Virus record (IMG/VR): IMGVR_UViG_3300033073_000243
Span: 1-64,000 of that record
Origin: a virus
Taxonomy: Duplodnaviria; Caudoviricetes
Length of the DNA stretch: 64,000 nt
Direction: 5' to 3' (one strand)
The notes under the pieces are model-generated. The model saw only the letters and a list, made by a program, of their open reading frames with translations. It ran no database searches and was not told the origin of the DNA. Positions 9,055 to 17,195 of the stretch are shown in pieces. Within the stretch, counting starts at the first letter, position 1, and the number at the start of each line of letters is the position of its first letter. The position numbers were made by a program, and so were the translations under genes.

Positions 9055-9737
9055 AAGTTTCCGAGATAATATTAGAACAAGAATTAGATGAAGGTTGGAA
9101 AGACTGGGTAGCAGGCGCGGCTATGGGCGCAGCCGCATTAGGAGCAACTCCTGCAACTGCTAAACCAATGCCAATGCCAACGCAACAAGTATCTCAACAA
9201 TCATACAGTCCAGAAGAAAATAAAATTATTAAAACGATTTTACATCCTGCTGCCAAAATTTTAATTAAAACAGCTCGCGAAGCAGGATTAAATGGTGCAG
9301 AGCTTGCACAGTTTGTAGCTCAATGTGCTCATGAAACTTCTAACTTTACAAGCTTGAAAGAGTTCGGAGGTAAGTTAGATTTTAAAAAATATGACCCTGT
9401 ACACAATCCTCGCAAAGCAAAAATATTAGGTAACAAGAAAGCAGGCGATGGTGCTCGCTATCATGGCCGAGGATATATTCAACTAACAGGCCGAGACAAT
9501 TATAAAAGGGCAGGAGAAGCGTTAGGACTTCCGTTGGAAAAGCATCCTGAACTTGTAGAGAAACCCGAAGTGGCTGCTAAGGTTGCAGTTTGGTTTTGGA
9601 AGAATCAAGTTAAACCAAAAGTAAATAACTTCCAAGATACTGCACAAGTCACAAAACCAATTAATAGCGGATTGAAGGGTCTAGAAGACAGACATAACAA
9701 ATTTGCAGCCATTATGAATTTATTAAGGAGAAGCTAA
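9051..9737 (+). CDS. GH19 chitinase/endolysin-like peptidoglycan hydrolase
   Basis: AQFVAQCAHETSNF, YHGRGYIQLTGRDNY, AVWFW and INSGLKGLEDR are GH19 phage lysin motifs. Confidence 0.85.
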   Translation: MKVSEIILEQELDEGWKDWVAGAAMGAAALGATPATAKPMPMPTQQVSQQSYSPEENKIIKTILHPAAKILIKTAREAGLNGAELAQFVAQCAHETSNFTSLKEFGGKLDFKKYDPVHNPRKAKILGNKKAGDGARYHGRGYIQLTGRDNYKRAGEALGLPLEKHPELVEKPEVAAKVAVWFWKNQVKPKVNNFQDTAQVTKPINSGLKGLEDRHNKFAAIMNLLRRS

Positions 9738-9931
9738 TGAGAGTAAAAGACATTGTAGACGAAGCGGGCTTTTCCTATAAAGGATATCCTTGTACTAAAG
9801 ATTGCAGTGGACATATGGCAGGATATGCATGGGCAGACGATAGAGATATCAGCGACGAAGATGAATGCCCGTATCGTCCTACACACCCAAGCTTCTGGGA
9901 AGGCTGTAAGAGTAAAGCAGAAGGTAAATAA
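9737..9931 (+). CDS. Small Cys-containing protein with CTS-like leader
   Basis: MRVKDIVDE leader then CTKDCSGHMAGYAWA...C...SFWEGC; TAATG coupling. Confidence 0.75.
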   Translation: MRVKDIVDEAGFSYKGYPCTKDCSGHMAGYAWADDRDISDEDECPYRPTHPSFWEGCKSKAEGK

Positions 9932-9937
9932 TTTATT

Positions 9938-11284
9938 ATGCGTTTATTAGAATTAAAATCACTTGCCGAAGCCGCACTTACTGCTGGCGAAATCACTACA
10001 TACCCTTGGAGACAAGAGCTATTCATCAATAAGATTAGAAACGGAGAGCCTTTTGAATTAACCACAGGGGAAGAAGTAACTATTGATCCTGCTGAAGCAG
10101 ACCGCTTACAAGGTATGCTGGACTCTGGTACATTCGGAGGGACTGTTAAAATTGCATTAGACGACGGTACTATGCTATCCCTAGGCAAGCTACAAAAAAC
10201 TGTGGAGTTCCAAAAAGAAGGTGGTGTTAAAGGCGAAGGCGTTTCTAATAAAGGTGACATTTCCGAAGGTATCTTATCTGCTGCATTGTTTGCTAAACTT
10301 AAAGCTCGTGTCAACAAACAAATTGGCACAGTAACTCCTGATGACATTTGGTCTGTTGTTGACAGTTTAACTAAAACAGGCAAAAACACATACACAGTTA
10401 ATGTAAAAGACGGCAAGTCTATGGTCAATGATAGTATTGTCTTTACATTAATCTTACCTCCAGAAGCTTATAGAGATTTCATCGATCCTACAAAGCGTCC
10501 ATTATTAAAAGATCAAACAGACAGTGCCGCATTGTTTGCCAACAGCGAAGACAACGAAGAATTTAGTAAGTATTTCTATCTAAACGGACGTCCTGATATT
10601 ATTAATATCATTTGCGATGGCGGTAATCCAGAGAAACAAAAGATCAGTAAGGTCGATATTGAAGTTGTTATTACAGATAAATTAACAGGTAAAGTTGATC
10701 GTCGTCGTTTAGATATTAGCTTAAAAGTTGATGCCGCACAGTTCGGCCAAGTTGGTGTTGGTAGTACTAAAGACTATGACTTCTTTGAAAAGCAAGTTTC
10801 TTTATGGAATAAGTTTGGTGTTGATGTTCGCCCTTCTCAAGAAGGTTTTGACGAAGCATACAAAAAAGGCGGATTAGTTGATGCGTTAGCTTACATATAC
10901 GAATTTGCTGCCGATGTTATTGCTACTTTATTAGCCGATGATAATAGCGAAGATGAATATATGTTTATTACAGAACTAGCAAAGGGTATTAACTACTATG
11001 CTACTTTAGGTAATCCAAACATTATCCTATTAGACTTCTCGTCAGGAGGGTATAAGATGATGCGTTTTGACGATATCGAAGGCAAGCTAAAAGGCATTAA
11101 GCTAACAGCGTCTTATAACTATGACACTAAGTTACCTCAAGTTGACATTTATGATGCTAATACAGGTAAGTTGTTTGTTAAAGTCCGTGTAAAGATTACA
11201 GCCAAAGAACGCCGTAATTATATCGAAAAAGGCCCATTAATGACTGAACTATTGGGTACTAAGGTCAAGCGATTGAAAAAATAA
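9938..11284 (+). CDS. Possible PD-(D/E)xK nuclease-fold protein with CTS-like leader
   Basis: KGDISEG (helix Glu), KVDIEV and DISLK fit a restriction-endonuclease-like core; weak by-eye match. Confidence 0.4.
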   Translation: MRLLELKSLAEAALTAGEITTYPWRQELFINKIRNGEPFELTTGEEVTIDPAEADRLQGMLDSGTFGGTVKIALDDGTMLSLGKLQKTVEFQKEGGVKGEGVSNKGDISEGILSAALFAKLKARVNKQIGTVTPDDIWSVVDSLTKTGKNTYTVNVKDGKSMVNDSIVFTLILPPEAYRDFIDPTKRPLLKDQTDSAALFANSEDNEEFSKYFYLNGRPDIINIICDGGNPEKQKISKVDIEVVITDKLTGKVDRRRLDISLKVDAAQFGQVGVGSTKDYDFFEKQVSLWNKFGVDVRPSQEGFDEAYKKGGLVDALAYIYEFAADVIATLLADDNSEDEYMFITELAKGINYYATLGNPNIILLDFSSGGYKMMRFDDIEGKLKGIKLTASYNYDTKLPQVDIYDANTGKLFVKVRVKITAKERRNYIEKGPLMTELLGTKVKRLKK

Positions 11285-11311
11285 ATCGACATAAATTCGA
11301 TAAATAACATT

Positions 11312-11509
11312 ATGAAAATTAAAGAACTTATTAGTGAAGATGCAAGTATAGGCGGTATTAGTTCCGGCGGTTTTGCTACAGCACCTGCGGGTAATATTTT
11401 TGCCGTTCCTATGAAACGCAACCAGCCGCGCAAGCGTCCTAAAAAAGAACAAAACGAATTCGCTAATAGGCGTGATAATAAGAATGTTATCGAACAGGAT
11501 TTAAAATGA
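11312..11509 (+). CDS. Small protein with CTS-like leader
   Basis: MKIKELISEDASIGGISSGG; TAAATA box 5 nt upstream of the ATG. Confidence 0.7.
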   Translation: MKIKELISEDASIGGISSGGFATAPAGNIFAVPMKRNQPRKRPKKEQNEFANRRDNKNVIEQDLK

Positions 11510-12333
11510 GCAAACAGAGAGCCCAACAATTATACAAGCTTGCCGATAGTTTACTTAAGGTAAATGTAGCCAGTTTATCTGAAGCACAAAAAGCAGAGCG
11601 TAACTCCATGGTTGCTCGTTTACAAGAAGAATTAAAAACTCTTAAAGGTATCAAAGAAGCTCCTGGCGACTTAGGTAGCCAAATCGTTTATCTATACAAC
11701 AATATATATGAACTAGGAGATGATGCAGTAGACCACTTATATAACAATGCTCCGTTATTTGCACAATATTGGGATCAATACGAAGGCGATTTGGATAGTA
11801 TTATCCAAGAAGTACCTCCACAACAATTACAAAAGATTTATGCAGAGTTAAACAAGGCAGCACAAGAAGAAGGTTTAACTGAAATGGATTCACAAGGCTA
11901 TACAGGAAGTCGTGATCGTAAGAGCTCGAGCAAGTATGGTAGCCGCGATGATTATGAATTAGGTCAACCAGAAACAACATTAGGTAAAGATTCTATTATG
12001 ACTGGTCATGAAGCTTCCAATCAAGCATTGGACGCTCTTAAAAATGCATTTGACGACGAATATGACGAAGTAGAAGAAACAACAGGTAAGTTCGATCGTA
12101 AGGAAATTGCTCCAGGTCGTACACAATACACTCGTAAGGATGACACTTATACAACAGATGGAAGCAGTGTTGCTGACTACAGAGTATTAGCTCCGGGTCG
12201 TTCTATTGAAGATGACAACGAGCGCGAATTCAATCCACGAGATGATGAAGAATATGAGTTGGAAGAAGCGATAAGTACAGAAGCTTACGACAGACTTAAA
12301 AAAGTTTTCGACTTTAGTAATTTTAAAGGTTAA
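11506..12333 (+). CDS. Acidic multi-module (polyprotein-like) protein
   Basis: Segments separated by IKEA, LTEM, VEET and LEEA motifs. Confidence 0.7.
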   Translation: MSKQRAQQLYKLADSLLKVNVASLSEAQKAERNSMVARLQEELKTLKGIKEAPGDLGSQIVYLYNNIYELGDDAVDHLYNNAPLFAQYWDQYEGDLDSIIQEVPPQQLQKIYAELNKAAQEEGLTEMDSQGYTGSRDRKSSSKYGSRDDYELGQPETTLGKDSIMTGHEASNQALDALKNAFDDEYDEVEETTGKFDRKEIAPGRTQYTRKDDTYTTDGSSVADYRVLAPGRSIEDDNEREFNPRDDEEYELEEAISTEAYDRLKKVFDFSNFKG

Positions 12334-12336
12334 TAT

Positions 12337-13698
12337 ATGAAATTATTTGAACTATTTGAGAGCCCAGTTATTGCTGGTGCAAATAACTTAAAAGCAATTG
12401 CACAAGCGGCAACTAGTGCCAGCGATGCACACATCACATTGGGCGGCGAACCAGTTACTTTAGAGTATCCTGAAGCTCGCTTTATCTATGGCTTATACAA
12501 GAAGTCATTGCAGTCTGGTACACAAGAACAATTCTTACAGATGTTAACTAACCCTGCAAGTTTTGATAGCTTAATGAAACCAATGCGTAATATGCTATAC
12601 AAAGATCGCGGTCCAGAAATGGCTCAGGCGGCTGCTACCCGTATCGGTCAACCTGGTGTAGAAGAAAGTATCGACAAACCAGTAACAGGTACAGAAACAA
12701 TGAAGCACTTAGTTCAGCGTTTCCCTAAAGAAGTTAAAGACTTTATCGCAGGTGGCGAACTAGACAGCGACTTATACGAAGCATTATTTGATTACTACAA
12801 CTTACATGGCGAAATGCCATATGGTGTAGCTAAAGCTCGTACAGGCGATCCGTTCGAATGGGTAACACAACAATTTGACCGTGATGCACAAGAATATGTA
12901 ACTGAAGCTAAACAAGCTTACAAAAAATTAATTACAGAAAGCAAGAAACAAGTTAGCGAGCGTTGGGATGACGACGATGATGACTGGTATGGTTTTAACG
13001 ACAAAACTCGTAAAGCTGCCACAGGCGGTACAGTCACACAAACAGGACGCGGTGTTATCCATAAAGGCAAATATGGTAGCGAATATCAAGGTGACGATGA
13101 GGAAGAAGATAAGAGCCCATTTGCTATTCTCAAGACTGCTAAAGTAAAAGAGCCTCGTAGTGCTGGCCGTCCAAGTGCTAACATTAAAGCAACAGACGAT
13201 GGCATTAGCGTAACATCTTACTCTAGCTGGTATCACAAATCTAAGCGTAGTCACCCAGAGCGTAAGATTGTTGGTAGTGCAGAACGAGCAGTTGCCGTTA
13301 TTCCAAAAGGCAAAAAGTTTGCAGTTGTCGGTTCGTGGGATGGAGCTAAAGGCTTAATCAATGCTAAGGCAGGTGAAGTTGTTACAGTTGACCAACTAAA
13401 AGATTATAAATCTGGTCGCGGACGTCCAACTACACGAAAAGAAAGTGCAAGTTATCGCAATCGTGCTTTGCGTGAATGGATCGAACAATTAGTAGTTGTT
13501 TCAGAAGGCAAGAACCATATGGGCGAAACTGAATACAATACTTACAGCGGATGGAGAGCAGCTTGTAAAAGAGCAGGTGCTAACGAATTCGACGGAGATC
13601 GTGACATTTGCCAAGCTAAGAAGGACGGCAAAGGCGTAGGTGAATGGGACGGCGTAAGTGGTTCCGTTTATGATGACGCACATAAGAAAGCACAGTAA
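12337..13698 (+). CDS. Multi-module (polyprotein-like) protein with CTS-like leader
   Basis: MKLFELFES leader; internal VEES, VTEA, ITES, VSER and VSEG sites delimit compositionally distinct segments. Confidence 0.75.
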   Translation: MKLFELFESPVIAGANNLKAIAQAATSASDAHITLGGEPVTLEYPEARFIYGLYKKSLQSGTQEQFLQMLTNPASFDSLMKPMRNMLYKDRGPEMAQAAATRIGQPGVEESIDKPVTGTETMKHLVQRFPKEVKDFIAGGELDSDLYEALFDYYNLHGEMPYGVAKARTGDPFEWVTQQFDRDAQEYVTEAKQAYKKLITESKKQVSERWDDDDDDWYGFNDKTRKAATGGTVTQTGRGVIHKGKYGSEYQGDDEEEDKSPFAILKTAKVKEPRSAGRPSANIKATDDGISVTSYSSWYHKSKRSHPERKIVGSAERAVAVIPKGKKFAVVGSWDGAKGLINAKAGEVVTVDQLKDYKSGRGRPTTRKESASYRNRALREWIEQLVVVSEGKNHMGETEYNTYSGWRAACKRAGANEFDGDRDICQAKKDGKGVGEWDGVSGSVYDDAHKKAQ

Positions 13699-16139
13699 TG
13701 CGTTTAAATCAAATAACAGAAGGCCTAGCTGACGAATTTGCAGCTATGGCAAGAGCCAAAGGCATGAATCCACGGATTCATGGTACTCCTGAACAAGAGC
13801 GTGAGCGCACACGCCAGGCTCTTGCCCAACGAGATGCAGAAAGAGCAGAAGCACAGAAACGCGATACTGAAAATGATATTGCTCAACTTCCGGAATTAAA
13901 AGCTCAATATGATAAAATGAAGAGCGAATACGAATCACTAGGCGGAAGTAACTGGCAATATGCAGATCGCGAACAAAACTTATCCGATGGAGAACGCAAG
14001 GCTCGTTCAATGGAGCCCGAGTTAAATAACCTCTGGAGAAGAATATCTCGTGCCGAAAAGGCACAAGGTGTAAGCGAAGCAGGACCAACACGTCGTGGTT
14101 TTTTACAAAGCATTGGTGCAGCAGGTTTAACTGCGGCTGGTGTTGCATCTGCTAAAGGTGGCGGCGGTGGTGGAGGTCACGGCGGTGGTGGAGGACATGC
14201 TAGCTCTGGCGGTCATGCTAGTTCAGGTGGCAAAGGAGGTGGTGGTAAAGGTGCTAGTGCAGGAGCCAGAGGAGCGATGCACGGTGAACCATCTGCTAGA
14301 TTCGTACCTGGTCAACCATATGTTCCAATAACAGGTCATCATGTTGAACAAGGTGCTGGCAACGATGCTAATAAACAAGAATACATCAAGTTCCTAACAA
14401 GTTATGCTAATGCTATTCGTGCAGGTAAGATGACTCCTGAAATGCGTAAGTGGTTGAACAACCATCCTGAAGTCATCGAGGACTTGAAGCGTGGTAAGTA
14501 TGGATTGACTATGGGTCAACTTAATGCTGACTTGGTAGACATTGAATCTCGCAAGAATTATCACATGATGCGTGAAGGTGTATCTACGACATGGGAAGTT
14601 AGTTATGATTACGGTCCACATATGACTAAGACCGTTACGGTCAAAGCTAAATCAGAAGAAGAGGCTGCGGCTAAAGTAGAAAAGGCCGCAGAGAAAAAAG
14701 GCCTCAACATAATGATAAACTCTGTAACACCAGTAGAGCAAGGTGTGGTGGAAGGCGATGATCGCGGTAATTATCACAGCATTGCTAGAGCCGCAAACCA
14801 AGCAAGTAGAACAGCAAAGTCTAAACAAGATCACGCCAAGGCTGCTGACTTACACGACCGCGCCGCGACATATGGTCTATCAGCGGGCCAAGACCAATCT
14901 GTAATTCGTGACCATCAAATGGCAGCATGGGAACACAATCGTGCTAGTAAAAAAATGAAGGAAGATGTGGCGGAGGGCATAAATGACAAACCCGAAACAG
15001 GTGACAAGATTGTTTGGTATCATAGCAATCATTATCCTAAACTTGAAGGTGAAGTTGTTGGTTGGAAAGACGGGCATCTAATTGTTAAATCAATTGACCC
15101 TAGCCCTAGAAATACAGAAAAGACCGTAGCAACATATCGTGTGCCTAAGAATAATATAATGAGTGTCGAAAAGCAAGGTGTGGCGGAAGACCAATTAGAC
15201 GAAGCCAAGATTGCTTCAACTGAAGATGAAGATTTCTTTCATAAAGGAAAGAAAGTTGGTAGCATAACAAAAATCACTCTAAAAGATGGTATGGTATTTT
15301 ACCGTGCAACCGCAGGAAATTCTCATATTTCCGGTTCAGATACCCGTCAAGAAGCATTAAGAGATTTGAAAGAACTCTTGCGTAGAGAAAAAGAGGAAGG
15401 TGTGGCGGAAGGCTCGGATAACATCACTGCTGTATTTTCTGGTTATGGAAATTATATGAAAGGTCGTGCTGCCAATGTATTCAAACATTACGGTATTACC
15501 GTATTAGACCAACAATATGATGAAGATGAAGATATCGCAGAATATACAGTTAGCGGCAGTAAAGAGGCATTGGATCAAGCAAGAGCATACTTGGAACGCA
15601 GTGACCAATTTGGTGGCATGATCCTAAAGCAAGGTGTGGAGGAGGCAGAAAATGTAAGTCATTTACACAAAGCCTTAGACCGTGCTTTGAGTAAAGAAAA
15701 GAAAGCAAGCCCTGCACAAGTTCAACGCAACAAAGAGCGTTGGGCACAGCGTCAAGCAGAAAAGAATAAAGAAGTAGACGAAGGTGTAGCAACATCAATG
15801 CCAATGCAAGATGCTGTAAAATTATTGCGTCAGTATGGTGCAGATAACTTTAAAACAACTACAAACGAATTACATTTTTATAAAAACGGTCGAGCATTTA
15901 GTGTTGATTTGGTAATGAATCCAGATACTACTCGCAGTGTAACTTTAAGCAGTTTAAATGCAGCCACTCGTGGATTAAAAGGTAACAGTGCTTTACGTCA
16001 AGCGATTGAATCCATCGATGCAAACCAAAAACGAGTAGGTCAAGTTCCAGGCGAAGAGAAAGCTAAAAAGATCGGACAAGTACTTGCTAAACCTCCTAAG
16101 CAACATCCTTTTAAGGGACGCTTAGTAGGCGGTGAATAA
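13698..16139 (+). CDS. 813-aa modular polyprotein with repeated QGVAEG-type linkers
   Basis: Linkers ITEG, QGVSEA, MREG, QGVVEG, EDVAEG, QGVAED-QLDEA, EGVAEG, QGVEEA, VDEG and AIES separate about 10 unrelated modules of 40-165 aa. Confidence 0.8.
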   Translation: MRLNQITEGLADEFAAMARAKGMNPRIHGTPEQERERTRQALAQRDAERAEAQKRDTENDIAQLPELKAQYDKMKSEYESLGGSNWQYADREQNLSDGERKARSMEPELNNLWRRISRAEKAQGVSEAGPTRRGFLQSIGAAGLTAAGVASAKGGGGGGGHGGGGGHASSGGHASSGGKGGGGKGASAGARGAMHGEPSARFVPGQPYVPITGHHVEQGAGNDANKQEYIKFLTSYANAIRAGKMTPEMRKWLNNHPEVIEDLKRGKYGLTMGQLNADLVDIESRKNYHMMREGVSTTWEVSYDYGPHMTKTVTVKAKSEEEAAAKVEKAAEKKGLNIMINSVTPVEQGVVEGDDRGNYHSIARAANQASRTAKSKQDHAKAADLHDRAATYGLSAGQDQSVIRDHQMAAWEHNRASKKMKEDVAEGINDKPETGDKIVWYHSNHYPKLEGEVVGWKDGHLIVKSIDPSPRNTEKTVATYRVPKNNIMSVEKQGVAEDQLDEAKIASTEDEDFFHKGKKVGSITKITLKDGMVFYRATAGNSHISGSDTRQEALRDLKELLRREKEEGVAEGSDNITAVFSGYGNYMKGRAANVFKHYGITVLDQQYDEDEDIAEYTVSGSKEALDQARAYLERSDQFGGMILKQGVEEAENVSHLHKALDRALSKEKKASPAQVQRNKERWAQRQAEKNKEVDEGVATSMPMQDAVKLLRQYGADNFKTTTNELHFYKNGRAFSVDLVMNPDTTRSVTLSSLNAATRGLKGNSALRQAIESIDANQKRVGQVPGEEKAKKIGQVLAKPPKQHPFKGRLVGGE
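14064..15647 (+). repeat. Dispersed in-frame 18-bp linker repeat, consensus cAAGGTGTGGcGGAaGgc (6 copies)
   Basis: 14064 caaggtgtaagcgaagca; 14739 caaggtgtggtggaaggc; 14961 gaagatgtggcggagggc; 15174 caaggtgtggcggaagac; 15396 gaaggtgtggcggaaggc; 15630 caaggtgtggaggaggca. All are in frame with ATG 13698. Confidence 0.85.
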
Positions 16140-16197
16140 TACTTGCGTAGAACTTACATAAAATAAAATATAATAAATATTCAAAAGGATTTGGAAC

Positions 16198-16638
16198 ATG
16201 GATGAATTAATACAAGCACTGAAAAAAGTTTTAGGCAATCACTATGCGTATGCATTGAAAGCACAAAACTTTCACTGGAACGTCGAAGGACCAGACTTTA
16301 GTCAATACCACGCACTATTTGCTACAATTTATGATGAAGTATATGGCAGTGTAGATACTATCGCCGAACGAGTCAGAACGCTAGGTGCTTATGCTCCTGG
16401 TAGTTTCAGTCGTTTTGCACAACTATCTGAAATCGAAGATCAAGTTGAAGTTCCTAATGCACTATCTATGATTCAAAAACTTCTTGCAGATATAAGTATT
16501 GTACAAGCAAGTATTAAGGCATGTTATGATCTTGCCGAAATAAATGGCAATCACGGACTAAGTAATTTAATGGCGGACAGACAAGATGCATTTGCAAAAC
16601 ATGCATGGATGCTAACTGCTACATTAAAAAATAGATAA
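16198..16638 (+). CDS. dps: Dps (DNA-binding ferritin-like protein)
   Basis: KAQNFHWNVEGPDFSQYHALF...DTIAERVRTLG...KHAWML are the Dps ferroxidase signature motifs. Confidence 0.92.
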   Translation: MDELIQALKKVLGNHYAYALKAQNFHWNVEGPDFSQYHALFATIYDEVYGSVDTIAERVRTLGAYAPGSFSRFAQLSEIEDQVEVPNALSMIQKLLADISIVQASIKACYDLAEINGNHGLSNLMADRQDAFAKHAWMLTATLKNR

Positions 16639-16883
16639 TGCATCAATCGTTAAAAGAATTAGTTAAAGTCAAACTAACTAAAAACCAAATCCTCGCACTC
16701 GAGTCTTTTATACAAGATAGGGGCGAGGAAATTTTCAAAAACAGTAACTTACTCAAAGTCATCAACAAAGGTGATTTTGATTTGGTACCTGCTGAGTTAT
16801 CCAAATGGATTATCGATAGTGGACGAGTTCGCCCTGAGCTCGAAGAGATGCGTAAAAAAGAAATCGCATTGTTTACCGAATAA
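16638..16883 (+). CDS. Truncated GH24 lysozyme-like protein (C-lobe only)
   Basis: VKVKLTKNQILALESF...NSNLLKVINKGDF...ELSKW...RKKEIALF aligns by eye to the C-terminal half of phage lysozymes; the catalytic N-lobe is absent; TAATG-coupled to dps. Confidence 0.6.
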   Translation: MHQSLKELVKVKLTKNQILALESFIQDRGEEIFKNSNLLKVINKGDFDLVPAELSKWIIDSGRVRPELEEMRKKEIALFTE

Positions 16884-16884
16884 G

Positions 16885-16912
16885 TTGACTTTCCGTTTTG
16901 CTATGCTATAAT
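16885..16912 (+). promoter_or_regulatory. Sigma70-type promoter for the replication block
   Basis: TTGACT-N16-TATAAT with TG extended -10; AGGAG RBS downstream. Confidence 0.7.
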
Positions 16913-16937
16913 ACTTACTCATTTTATAGGAGTTATT

Positions 16938-17195
16938 ATGGATCCGCGTATGTTTAGTGCCGATGAAAAGGCAAAAATCAAAAAGCTATTTGCCGAGGGC
17001 ATTCAAGTGTTAAGCGAAGTTGCCGCACTTAATGAAGGTCTTAACGATACTATTAAAGGTATCGCAGAAGAACTCGACATGAAGCCAAGTGTACTTAAGA
17101 AAGCTCTTAAGATTGCTTATAAAAACGAGTTCGAAAAAGAACAAAACGCATTCACTGAAGTTGAAGAAGTCCTTGAAGTTGCAGGTCACCGTTGA
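16938..17195 (+). CDS. T4 DsbA-like double-stranded DNA-binding protein
   Basis: 85 aa; IKGIAEELDMKPSVLKKALKIAYK matches the DsbA/GapR-like pattern; next to DNA polymerase. Confidence 0.65.
   Translation: MDPRMFSADEKAKIKKLFAEGIQVLSEVAALNEGLNDTIKGIAEELDMKPSVLKKALKIAYKNEFEKEQNAFTEVEEVLEVAGHR

Noticed and set aside
14064-15647. CRISPR array interpretation of the 18-bp repeats
   Set aside because: The repeats are short and degenerate, in frame within a CDS, with irregular spacing of about 210-675 bp; no cas genes.
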